Source: a virus
Taxonomy: Duplodnaviria > Caudoviricetes
Length of the DNA: 44,585 nt
IMG/VR virus record: IMGVR_UViG_3300030330_005615
Coordinates: 1-44,585 of that record
Strand: one strand, 5' to 3'
A program made the translations under genes and the position numbers. Positions 27,056 to 36,013 of the stretch are shown here, one piece after another (the stretch's first letter is position 1; each line of letters starts with the position of its first letter). The notes beneath the pieces are model-generated. The model saw only the letters and a program-made list of their open reading frames with translations. It was not told the DNA's origin and made no database searches.

Positions 27056-29520
27056 TATTTTTCTCCGTTCATAGCGGCCACTAGATCGGCGCGCTCAGTG
27101 CGTGCAAGCGACCATGCTCCCACGAGTGTTTCTGCTTTCCCCTCTTGCTTCAGTTTTCGTGCAATTCTCGAAAGTTCGCGCTCAGCCTTTTGGGCGTCGA
27201 TTGTGACAACCGGCGCCTCGATGCCTGCAGCGTCAATGCCGCTTGGCTCACCGACTCGGACGACTTGATTAGCTGGCATTGCAGCAAACAAGGCTACAAC
27301 GGTATCAGCGTTATCGCGTGCCAATTCTTGTAGGTCTGAATTGAGATCGAAATCTGCTACGAGTGCCCCCCGCTCTTTAGCCGCTTCGATCGCCTCATTA
27401 ACCTTGACCATTTGGTCGGGTGCGCCCTTTTCCTCGATAGCCTTGCGGGCGAACTCTCGCGCCTCTTGGCTATCGCTTAAAAGTGACGCCTTGTAGAAAT
27501 CGCGCTCAGCCCCTACAAGCTCGCAAGAGTCTAGAAGCTCGTTAGCTTCTGCCTCTAGCTGAGCCTGTACACGCTCGGCCTCGACCGCTTTAAAACGCCC
27601 TAGTTCAATCTGAGCCTTTTCAAGCTCATCTTTCATCGTCGCGACCTTTCGAGATAACTCCTCGCCGGTCGCATCCTCTGCGAGGTCACACGCCTTTAAC
27701 ATTCGTGCGGCCTCCTCGGTTCCTCGGCTAAGCAGGGTTTCAACTACCTGCTCTGCCTTGGCTTTGTCTTGCCCTGCCATTTTGCAGCCCTTGTGCCCTT
27801 GGACTTCGACGCCGTCGCAACATGCCCCGCCGTCGTTATCCGTTTTTGATTCGTTTTCGTTTTGTTCGCCATCTGCCCTTGATAGCGCTACGTTTTCCAT
27901 TTTCGCCTGACGTGGTAACGTCGTAAGCGAAACCACATCAATGTACCCAGCCTCCCCTAAGAGCTCGCCTGTATCGGGGTGGTATGCTGGGGTTAGCCTG
28001 ACTCGAGGCGACACCCTTAAAGCGCTAACCTCATCGTCAACCATTGACGCTTCAACTAGATCGCGCCCCAGCGCCGTCCAGCGTTTTTTGGCGTAGATGG
28101 CTTTTCGTTTTTCGTCGTAGTAGATTTCGGTAATTTGCCCGTAGGGGCGTCGATCTGCAGACGGTACACCGCGATACCCGGCCTCTATGCCATGCTCGAA
28201 GCTTAATGGGATAGCGTGCCCACTGGTCAAGATGGCCTGGCTAGTATCGGCTATCTCTTTAAGCCGGTCCTCAGATAGCGATAAAGCTAACTCGCCTGAA
28301 TCCAGGTCATAGAGCGGGCCAGCCTTCAGCACGTGCAAGTCTTTCGCGTCTGAATCCTCGGTTAACGCGAAAAATGTTAAATCTTTGCCCGTTGTCACTG
28401 GCTTTGAGTATTCGGATTTATCGCTTCCATCATCGAGCCTGTAGACTTTGCCCCCGTCTTCACGCTCGACGCCGGCGCCCTCATCGGATTGGGCCTTGTA
28501 GTCGTTATCCTTTAGCCACTTTTCAAACTCTTCAGCACTATGCTGTGATGCGTCTGCGATGACTGAATACACGGTGTCATCTTCACCGATAAGCACGTCA
28601 ATGCCAGGTGATACAGTGTGCCGCATTACGCCCGCTTCGGGCTGCACTGCTACTTGTACAGCCACGCGCTCATTCTCATATCCAAGCGACTCGGAGCCCT
28701 GGGCGTAATATTTCTTTTTCTGGCTGCCGTACATGTCAGCCCCTTTTTTCTTCTTTTTTTTTCGGTGCATCTCGGTGTCTTCCCTTTTTTTGGGGTGGCC
28801 ATCAGGAAGTAGATCAAAGTCTGTTACGTAGTTTGGGTTTTTGGGTTTGCCTTTTGCGAGCAGTTCGAGAAACGCATTCACGCGGGCCATAGCCCACCGA
28901 GCGCGTGATTTGACGCTCGGCCTGTGCGACTTGCTGTATGCTCCACTTCCCCGTCGATAGACTTTCTTCAGCGCTGCGAGGGTGGCCCGTTTTGAGGGCT
29001 GAGGATTGGCCTCATTATGTTGTTCAACTTTCGTTTCAAGCGCTTTGAGAGTTGATGCTGAGACCTTGATGTTGTCGCCGTCTGTCGAGGCGCTACCGGG
29101 CTTGTTTTTGTCGCTGCCCTTGATTTGATCTTTCTTTGGTGCCGGCGTGCTTGCGTCATCTCTTGCAAGCTCCCTCTCTAGCTCTTTCGCCGTCGCCTCA
29201 ATCCACCTCCTACCCTTGTTTCCGTCTGCTGGGTCGGAGCCCCACAAGAGCCACGCAACGCCAGAGGGCCTTGGGTTTTCCTTGTCAAAGCTGCCCTCCA
29301 CTAGGCTCGACTCATGTCTCGCAAACCAGGCCGCCGCCCTTTTGATCTTGTCGTGGGTCCAACCCTTGCCCGCCGCTGCTTCTTCTGCTTCTGTTATCGT
29401 CTGGGCCTTTAAGCCATCACCGCCGAAACCAGCATCATAAAGCTTGAGCCCCTTTTTAGCTGCCTTGCTCACGTACCCTGGCAGCTTGTGACGCCGCGCT
29501 AGATTAATCGTCACCATCAC
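27055..29520 (-). CDS. Multidomain prohead protease/scaffold (Mu gpI-like) with a long N-terminal extension
   Basis: IPLSFEH...RVSP...VSLTTLP resembles Mu protease I; acidic coiled-coil C-terminus; about 390 extra N-terminal aa. Confidence 0.75.
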   Translation of the reverse strand: MMVTINLARRHKLPGYVSKAAKKGLKLYDAGFGGDGLKAQTITEAEEAAAGKGWTHDKIKRAAAWFARHESSLVEGSFDKENPRPSGVAWLLWGSDPADGNKGRRWIEATAKELERELARDDASTPAPKKDQIKGSDKNKPGSASTDGDNIKVSASTLKALETKVEQHNEANPQPSKRATLAALKKVYRRGSGAYSKSHRPSVKSRARWAMARVNAFLELLAKGKPKNPNYVTDFDLLPDGHPKKREDTEMHRKKKKKKGADMYGSQKKKYYAQGSESLGYENERVAVQVAVQPEAGVMRHTVSPGIDVLIGEDDTVYSVIADASQHSAEEFEKWLKDNDYKAQSDEGAGVEREDGGKVYRLDDGSDKSEYSKPVTTGKDLTFFALTEDSDAKDLHVLKAGPLYDLDSGELALSLSEDRLKEIADTSQAILTSGHAIPLSFEHGIEAGYRGVPSADRRPYGQITEIYYDEKRKAIYAKKRWTALGRDLVEASMVDDEVSALRVSPRVRLTPAYHPDTGELLGEAGYIDVVSLTTLPRQAKMENVALSRADGEQNENESKTDNDGGACCDGVEVQGHKGCKMAGQDKAKAEQVVETLLSRGTEEAARMLKACDLAEDATGEELSRKVATMKDELEKAQIELGRFKAVEAERVQAQLEAEANELLDSCELVGAERDFYKASLLSDSQEAREFARKAIEEKGAPDQMVKVNEAIEAAKERGALVADFDLNSDLQELARDNADTVVALFAAMPANQVVRVGEPSGIDAAGIEAPVVTIDAQKAERELSRIARKLKQEGKAETLVGAWSLARTERADLVAAMNGEK

Positions 29521-31003
29521 CCGAGCCTCTCTGCACTAAGCGATTGACGAAACGGTTCTGCCGCCTAGGTGACGCTCCCGGCCTCTGGGCTTCCCGCTGG
29601 CCCTGTGCCGTCTTGAGCCGCCCCCCTGAAGCATTGGCCTGCCTATCAAGGGTGGTTGGGTTTTCGTCGTCTGGGATTGGTGGGAGGTCCGACGCTGCGC
29701 GTATTGCCCGCTCATCTTCTGGTGTCGCGTTCAAGATGCCAGACGTCACAAAGCTAGCGAATGCATCGCTATTTTCCTGCCACCATGGGATCTTTCCTGC
29801 CGATGAGCGATCAAAGCTCACATAGGGATATTCGGACGTTTTGAGGTTGCCAAAGTTGACTGACAAAAACCTGCGCACCGTCTGACGGTTAAGCGCTGAC
29901 AGCATAGACTGTACTGTGTCTATAACTCCGGTTATTGCTAGCTCAGCTTGGGTCTTAACCATGGAATAAGAGCCCCCGCCCTCACGCCCCTGAAGAAGCG
30001 TTGATACGAAAAGCTTCTCCGCACAGACTCGCTCATGATGACTGGCACTAGCCAAGAGGGCAGTAGGGTCGTAATTATGTCGCGCCCTCTCCTCTACAGA
30101 CCAGAATGAGGGCAAAATCAGGTGACCAGACTCTTCACTGTGGAGACCGGTTAGCTTCTCAGCCAAGCCTGCAATTTCGGCCGTTAGGTCTTCTCTACTG
30201 GGCGGACTACCATCATCACTGTTGGCGAACTTGTAGAACTGCTCCATGTCGAGCGAGCACACCGTGGGCGGGTCTGCATACTTGTTAGCTAGCTGGTCTT
30301 CTAGGCGATACCTGAGCGTGGCGCTCCGCCAGTGCGGGTAAACCGGGCGAAGCACAGATTCACCGTCATGCCAATTCGATACGCCGTTGACGAACCACAG
30401 AGACTCTCCCATCGGCAATACACGACCGTTTATGGCGTTACCCATCTGCCCGTATCGCTGGGTGACTGCTAAGAGTCTGCCACTGCCCTCCCTCTCGGTG
30501 ATGTAGGTATCCATAGACATTTGGTGTCGTCTATGGAGGTGGCAGAAGTAGAGTTTTTCGTCTCGATTGTATGACCACGACTCAGACAAAAGAACGTGAC
30601 CATAGAACTTTGCTGACATGAGATGTCTAATCAGGTTGTCGGGCGTCATTCCATCGCCCATGCGGCCGCCTGAATCCTCGTAAGGGCCAAGACCCAGCCA
30701 CATTTCAAGCGCCTGCGCAGCATCCTCAGATACGCCTGGATGCCTCGGTACAGTTAAGCGGACTGCAGTGACTCTGGACGTGATAAGATCTTCAGCGAGC
30801 GATAGAACCGGGGAGGTCCTAAGCATCTTAGTGACCATGGTTGCACGTTTTCGAGGGCTCGAAAATTGGTGGTTATGCTCAAAGCCTGAGATCTTACCGC
30901 CGATCATGTTGACGCCGTAATACCCGGCTGGGCGGGTTGGTAATTCTTCTGGGAGGTCCAAGAGGTCCTTGGCCTGGCCAGCCGTGCGCCAATAGTTAGA
31001 CAT
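29504..31003 (-). CDS. Portal protein (Mu gp29/DUF935-like)
   Basis: 499 aa; GGGSYS...LNRQ..RRFLSVNFG pattern; upstream of the protease gene. Confidence 0.8.
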   Translation of the reverse strand: MSNYWRTAGQAKDLLDLPEELPTRPAGYYGVNMIGGKISGFEHNHQFSSPRKRATMVTKMLRTSPVLSLAEDLITSRVTAVRLTVPRHPGVSEDAAQALEMWLGLGPYEDSGGRMGDGMTPDNLIRHLMSAKFYGHVLLSESWSYNRDEKLYFCHLHRRHQMSMDTYITEREGSGRLLAVTQRYGQMGNAINGRVLPMGESLWFVNGVSNWHDGESVLRPVYPHWRSATLRYRLEDQLANKYADPPTVCSLDMEQFYKFANSDDGSPPSREDLTAEIAGLAEKLTGLHSEESGHLILPSFWSVEERARHNYDPTALLASASHHERVCAEKLFVSTLLQGREGGGSYSMVKTQAELAITGVIDTVQSMLSALNRQTVRRFLSVNFGNLKTSEYPYVSFDRSSAGKIPWWQENSDAFASFVTSGILNATPEDERAIRAASDLPPIPDDENPTTLDRQANASGGRLKTAQGQREAQRPGASPRRQNRFVNRLVQRGSGDGDD

Positions 31004-31032
31004 GATCGCTCTGAGTATTTGCCCTGTGCACT

Positions 31033-31071
31033 ATTTTACAGGGCTGTAACAGATTGATCAATATCGATCAA
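31033..31071 (-). promoter_or_regulatory. Head-operon promoter overlapping the paired-GATC box (31054-31071)
   Basis: TTGATC-AATATC-GATCAA; minus strand TTGATC(31061-56)-17-TAAAAT(31038-33). Confidence 0.75.
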
Positions 31072-32300
31072 CTTCTAACGTCTGACATTTCCTGATATGT
31101 ACGCCCGCTCTCGTGAACTGCTTCCTTCCCTGTGAAGTCTTGCCAGCGCTTAATGATGACGTCGACGTAGGCCGGTGAGATTTCCATACCATAGCATTTG
31201 CGGCTGGTTTTCTCGGCTGCTATGAGGGTTGCGCCGCTGCCTAGATAAACATCCACGACAAGGCCCGAACCGGCCGCCCATTCATCCAAAAACCATTGAA
31301 TCAGCGCTGTTGGTTTTTGTGTCGGATGCACCCTTTGACCACCTAAATCATTTGAAAGTCCAAACATTCCCGCCCATTTGATTCTAGCAATTTTTCGCTT
31401 ATGCCTAGACTTTGACCAGCAAAGCTCGAAACACGATCCAAACATCTTATCCGCGCTTTCATCCAGCCGCTTATCCCAGACAATCCAGCTTCCGCTGTTT
31501 CTGTCTGGCAGTAACTCAGAAAAATAATCCGCACCCCAGATGAACACTTCGCGACAATATGAAAACAGCTCAAGGGGCACACGTATCAACTCTGGCTTAA
31601 AATCGTCGTTGTCCCCTATGACGGGAGAATACTTGTTCCCGCTCCCAAAGCCCTTCATTGCACTATAGTTCGCATTAAGGTTCATGCCGTACGGCGGGTC
31701 AGTAAAAACCAGGTCCGCTTTCTCTCCATCCATCAACAGAGCCACATCAGCCGCGTCGGTAGAATCCCCACACATGACTCTATGGTTGCCGAGTATCCAT
31801 ACGTCGCCCCGCTCTGACACTGGCGACTCTCCAAGCTCTGGTACGTCGTCCTCATCTGTGAGACCTTCGACGGGTTCCTCGATGCCTGCGAAGTCCAGCT
31901 CATCCTCAAAAAAGTACGGTGATAGGTCTATCTCTTCACCTAGCTCGGCCAATACCTCTTGATTCCAGGCCAGGTTCAATTCACCTGCCCGGTTGTCAGC
32001 TATGGCCAACCCTCTGCCCTCTGGGCTGTCTAGGTCAATGTCAGCACGCCGCACGACGACAACACGATCGCCGGTAGTCTCTACCAAGACTGCATTCTCC
32101 ATGCCTATCGAGGCAGCCGTTTCGATCGTCTTATTGCCTGCAATGATTCGGTTGTTCCTGTCGACTAGGACGCTACGCCCGGCGCCGTACTGCCTGAGTG
32201 AGTGCTCTAGTGCACTGGCGCCGCGCTCCGTTCCCGTGTTTGCGTTCTTATTGTCAGGCACTAAATCAGCGATCGAAACTACGTCTTTTTTCTTGCTCAT
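31068..32300 (-). CDS. ParB-like N-domain fused to an N6A/N4C DNA methyltransferase (beta class)
   Basis: IIAGN (ParB-like), DPPY, HPTQKP and DVYLGSGAT motifs; ATG 32300. Confidence 0.9.
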   Translation of the reverse strand: MSKKKDVVSIADLVPDNKNANTGTERGASALEHSLRQYGAGRSVLVDRNNRIIAGNKTIETAASIGMENAVLVETTGDRVVVVRRADIDLDSPEGRGLAIADNRAGELNLAWNQEVLAELGEEIDLSPYFFEDELDFAGIEEPVEGLTDEDDVPELGESPVSERGDVWILGNHRVMCGDSTDAADVALLMDGEKADLVFTDPPYGMNLNANYSAMKGFGSGNKYSPVIGDNDDFKPELIRVPLELFSYCREVFIWGADYFSELLPDRNSGSWIVWDKRLDESADKMFGSCFELCWSKSRHKRKIARIKWAGMFGLSNDLGGQRVHPTQKPTALIQWFLDEWAAGSGLVVDVYLGSGATLIAAEKTSRKCYGMEISPAYVDVIIKRWQDFTGKEAVHESGRTYQEMSDVRS

Positions 32301-32382
32301 GTGTGCTCTTGCTTGCGGTTTGCTTGCGTTCCATGCTTGCACTATTGGTCGATTTTGATCAAAATTGCAAGCATGAGCAAGA
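32291..32382. promoter_or_regulatory. Divergent MTase/terminase control region with nested repeats and a paired-GATC box variant (32345-32362)
   Basis: TTGGTC-GATTTT-GATCAA; ATTTTGATCAAAAT palindrome; three TGCTTGC copies; plus-strand TTGCAC-17-CAAAAT. Confidence 0.6.
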
Positions 32383-33056
32383 TTAAGTCTTTAAAGAGCG
32401 CTGAGGAACGAAAGAGGGTGCGCCGTGAGGTTATGAGCCTCCTCTATGAGGGCATCCCATATCGACGCATCGAAGCGCTGACAGGCATGAACTCTGGAAG
32501 CATTAGCCGAATCAAGAAATCGAAAGCCTATGCTGCGTATACAATTGAGATGCTGAGAGCACGGGGTGAGGTCGTGCCAGAAAAGCCACTATCCGAGACG
32601 GTGTCAGAAGTGCTCAAGGTCGACTCGGCAGAGTATGACCGCAAAATCAAAAAAGACCGATTTCTTCAGGCTGTAGGTGTGGGTGGGATTGAATACGCTA
32701 TGATGTATTCCCGCTCCACCGTTGGGGAGGTTGTCGCGTGTCTTGATGAGTCCGAGATTGCGCACCATGCAGCTAAGCCACGAATAGCGATTCTCGGCAC
32801 ACTGTTAAGGATTGCACACGATACCAGCCAAGCTGGGCACATTCGCATCCGGGCGTGCTCTGAATGGTGGCGACTGGCATCGGGCCAAGGTGAAACCCCT
32901 CTCATCAATATTGATGCTAGGTCCTCAGATACTGACGCACCGAAAGACCCCGTCTTGGTAATGGTGGAAAGTGTCAAGTCTGCCCTCGATCGCCTTGATG
33001 ACGTTGACCTAATGGGAGGTGTGCTCAATGATGCCACAACTACCCCAGGGGATTGA
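32373..33056 (+). CDS. terS: Putative terminase small subunit
   Basis: N-terminal HTH (IPYRRIEALTGMNSGSISRI); overlaps the terL start. Confidence 0.65.
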   Translation: MSKIKSLKSAEERKRVRREVMSLLYEGIPYRRIEALTGMNSGSISRIKKSKAYAAYTIEMLRARGEVVPEKPLSETVSEVLKVDSAEYDRKIKKDRFLQAVGVGGIEYAMMYSRSTVGEVVACLDESEIAHHAAKPRIAILGTLLRIAHDTSQAGHIRIRACSEWWRLASGQGETPLINIDARSSDTDAPKDPVLVMVESVKSALDRLDDVDLMGGVLNDATTTPGD

Positions 33057-34530
33057 TCCAACCTTCTTCGATCCTGACGATTGGATTCCAAACAAAGCGC
33101 AATCCGTCATGCTCGGTTACTGGATGAGTGACCAGCATCAAATCATGGCAATGATGGGCGGATGGGGTTGCGGGAAGACCACCATGATACCCATGGTTAT
33201 GAGCTTAAATCATAGTATGCGACCGGGCCAAGACGGCTTGGTGGTGTCGCCCACAATGGGCCAAGGTACGAGAACCATCTCGAAAGAGTGCGCCCGCATC
33301 TTATCGCCTATCGGTTGGACCTACCATCACAGCTACCTTGGCCAACCTGCCCCGCATTGGTTAAGCCCAATGAAAAACGGCAAACAAAGCCGGGTGTGGA
33401 TGATGTCTTGGAATAGACCGAAGACAAAGCATACCAGCGCTAACAGTCTTGAGGGTCCAAGCGTCGGCTACATCATCTTTGATGAGTGCAATCTATACAA
33501 TGATGAGGAGCCCTATCAGGCCGGTCTTGGCCGTATTCGCGACGGAAACCCGCCTAAAATGCTTTTGCTAGGTAAGCCTCACCACGGGTCTATCTGGGGT
33601 CACTTCGCCGAAACTAGGGGCGGTGTATACCGCACTGCTACATCGTGGGTTAACGCGAAAAATCTAGGCGATATGGAAGCTTGGATCTCGACGATGTCTA
33701 CTCGTGAGTATCAAGAGAACATCATGTGCAACCCACAACCACCGGAGGGCTCGATCTTCGATATGTGGATGCCTACCGAATGGCCTAAAGGAAACCTTGC
33801 CCCGGCTGATTGGCGACCCCAGAAACACATGACTCATCATGTAACCTTTGATTTTGGTGTCCGTAATCCTGCTGCCTTGGTTATCGCATATGACCAGGAG
33901 CTAGACGCGAACATTGTCTGGTCTGAGAGTATGGGCTCCAAGGGCGGATCATCGGTCTTTGACGTGTGCCGAGACTTACGCCGGGGATATGAACAGTGGG
34001 GGATTCCTGGCGTATGGCCCGGCTATCGTGCCGACATTCCAAACGGCTCCATGCCCTTAGCCGCTGCATTTGGCGATCGAGCCGGTCGCAATCGTCGCGA
34101 TGATGGTCTGATGTCGTCTTCTATGGACGATGTCTTAGCTAACCCCCACGCGGGCGGTATTGGCATGCGCGTTCGATTTACAGACGCGAAAGATCGAATT
34201 GACGTTAACGCCGGCATTCGTCTGCTCTGGTCCCTTATTGAGTCGACTGGAGGCAAACGCCGGCTTTTATGTAGTCGTCAACTCTGGAACATGGGCCTCT
34301 CCCATCCTGGCCGGTCTTTTGCTCGATCGCTTAACGATTACAGGTGGGCGAGCGGCGCAAGTGATCGGCCAGACAAAACCAACGGAGCCGATCATGCATG
34401 TGACGCTCTGCGATATTGGGCAATCAACGCCCGCTGGCCTAGCGACACAAACATTCTAAAGGTTGCCGATGCGTTTTCGGCTCCATTTTCCAACACGAAG
34501 AAAACGACACTAACGGGGGTTGATAGATGA
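33028..34530 (+). CDS. terL: Terminase large subunit
   Basis: Walker A GGWGCGKT, Walker B YIIFDE, nuclease FDFG and DHACDALRY; GGGAGG RBS. Confidence 0.93.
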   Translation: MMPQLPQGIDPTFFDPDDWIPNKAQSVMLGYWMSDQHQIMAMMGGWGCGKTTMIPMVMSLNHSMRPGQDGLVVSPTMGQGTRTISKECARILSPIGWTYHHSYLGQPAPHWLSPMKNGKQSRVWMMSWNRPKTKHTSANSLEGPSVGYIIFDECNLYNDEEPYQAGLGRIRDGNPPKMLLLGKPHHGSIWGHFAETRGGVYRTATSWVNAKNLGDMEAWISTMSTREYQENIMCNPQPPEGSIFDMWMPTEWPKGNLAPADWRPQKHMTHHVTFDFGVRNPAALVIAYDQELDANIVWSESMGSKGGSSVFDVCRDLRRGYEQWGIPGVWPGYRADIPNGSMPLAAAFGDRAGRNRRDDGLMSSSMDDVLANPHAGGIGMRVRFTDAKDRIDVNAGIRLLWSLIESTGGKRRLLCSRQLWNMGLSHPGRSFARSLNDYRWASGASDRPDKTNGADHACDALRYWAINARWPSDTNILKVADAFSAPFSNTKKTTLTGVDR

Positions 34531-34910
34531 TACCTGAGCGAAGTCCACACGAGCGAACCGGCTATGGCTTACGATATAAGGGCGACGTCCTACCGGGTAC
34601 TAAGATCGGACCAATGAAGCTGCCCGCGACATACTCGAAAAAATCCGACGAAATAAACAAGGCACGAGCGGCGCGACGCAAGTACATTCACTTGGTGTCT
34701 GCTTTGTTCCTTGTTTTCTCGCTGGGTTGTGCCTCTGCCCCTACAACCTGGTACGATCGAATGGTTGCGGATGCCTGCAAGCGCTGCCCTCATTGCTGCA
34801 CAACAGACGGAGAGACCCGTACAGACGCCGACGTAATCAAGCTATGCCAGGTAGTGGAAAACCACTATGAAGATTGTGAGCTGGCACTATCACGAAAAAA
34901 GGCCCAGTGA
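34527..34910 (+). CDS. Putative Cys-rich lipoprotein
   Basis: Basic stretch, hydrophobic helix and lipobox-like SLGC; CKRCPHCC; start uncertain. Confidence 0.5.
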   Translation: MIPERSPHERTGYGLRYKGDVLPGTKIGPMKLPATYSKKSDEINKARAARRKYIHLVSALFLVFSLGCASAPTTWYDRMVADACKRCPHCCTTDGETRTDADVIKLCQVVENHYEDCELALSRKKAQ

Positions 34911-35176
34911 ATCGCCCCGTCAGATTCGATGCTGGCGAAATATGCGTTCTCTGGTGCCGTTTGGTCGATCGCGTCGTATAGCTCAAGTATCAGATCAATT
35001 CGGATCGATTTTGCACTACGTAGTTCGCTGTCTTGTTTGGCTATGTGGCAATCTTGAATCGCTCTAAGATAGTGCCTGGCAATTTTTGCGGCTGCTGGTT
35101 TATCTCTTTTAACGAGCAAAGAAAATAGCTCTGGTATTATGAAGTTGTGCTCGGCTGTGCCTGAAATCTCATACAC
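34865..35176 (-). CDS. Hypothetical protein (103 aa)
   Basis: GTG start with a GAGG RBS. Confidence 0.6.
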   Translation of the reverse strand: MYEISGTAEHNFIIPELFSLLVKRDKPAAAKIARHYLRAIQDCHIAKQDSELRSAKSIRIDLILELYDAIDQTAPENAYFASIESDGAIHWAFFRDSASSQSS

Positions 35177-35191
35177 GTGTTAGGCCTCAAG

Positions 35192-35235
35192 AAAAACGGG
35201 CCTCCAGGTCTTCCCGCTTTTAACCTAGAGGCCCG
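35192..35235 (-). terminator. Rho-independent terminator ending the replication/Dam operon
   Basis: 13-bp stem CGGGCCTCTAGGT/ACCTGGAGGCCCG (one G-U pair) followed by T5. Confidence 0.75.
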
Positions 35236-35270
35236 CGCCGGCATTGGGTGGAAGAGTCCGCCGGCCTTTT

Positions 35271-35299
35271 ATTTTCTGCGATCGATCGTATGCGATCAA
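35271..35299 (-). promoter_or_regulatory. Paired-GATC box variant (35282-35299) overlapping the dam stop codon; possible promoter
   Basis: TCGATC-GTATGC-GATCAA; minus strand TTGATC-17-GAAAAT. Confidence 0.55.
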
Positions 35300-35847
35300 G
35301 CCGTAAAGCGATTTCGAAACCAATAGATTCGATCTTCTTGGTTAAAAGGTAGGCCAGTTTTGGCACATAGTGAGCCATCACGATACCCGGCGTATGATTG
35401 CTCTCCATGGAAGACAATCAACATGCTGCCGATAGGGTTAGCCGGTAGCGCTTCACCTGTAATGGGCGATATGAACGAAATCCGACTACGGTAAAACCAT
35501 ATTTCTTGCGCCCTACTCCTGGCTAGATGCGACCACGGCACACACATTGAAGAAGGCACTAGACAGGCCACTAGGCGCCCGTTTTCCCTGCTCTCTTGCT
35601 CTGCCCTCGCAATGAAGTGTTTAGTCTGGCTATAGGGCGGATTCATCCATACGCGAGCGCCTAGACGATCCCAGCTACATGTGAGTGAGTCGTCCGCCTC
35701 TGACAGCCAGGCCGGCGCAACCGAATTTGTAGCGCTCGCCGCCGCATCGCCTGTGAACTTAAACCGCTGCATGAGGGGAACCATTATCCACGGCGGGGTC
35801 TGCCAGTCGTCGCGACTGCCGTTAGTCTTTTTTCGGTGTGGACCCAT
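35296..35847 (-). CDS. dam: Phage Dam-like DNA N6-adenine methyltransferase
   Basis: DDWQTPP, DAAAS and VWMNPPYS motifs of the T1/HP1-type phage Dam family; target specificity not provable from sequence. Confidence 0.85.
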   Translation of the reverse strand: MGPHRKKTNGSRDDWQTPPWIMVPLMQRFKFTGDAAASATNSVAPAWLSEADDSLTCSWDRLGARVWMNPPYSQTKHFIARAEQESRENGRLVACLVPSSMCVPWSHLARSRAQEIWFYRSRISFISPITGEALPANPIGSMLIVFHGEQSYAGYRDGSLCAKTGLPFNQEDRIYWFRNRFTA

Positions 35848-36013
35848 GGAACCTTTCAAAGCTCAAGACGGGCGCCACACATGCAGCCAAGACGGACACC
35901 CCGCCCACGATACCCAGCACGGCCAAGTCTTCTAACCGTGAGCTTTCCAGCTCGCACTCTGTTGGTTTTCGGTTCATGGCGCTTTTAATCGCTGTGAGTA
36001 CGCCCGGCATCAT
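35822..36013 (-). CDS. Small hypothetical membrane protein
   Basis: ATGA overlap with the exonuclease stop; one hydrophobic helix. Confidence 0.45.
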   Translation of the reverse strand: MMPGVLTAIKSAMNRKPTECELESSRLEDLAVLGIVGGVSVLAACVAPVLSFERFHGSTPKKD

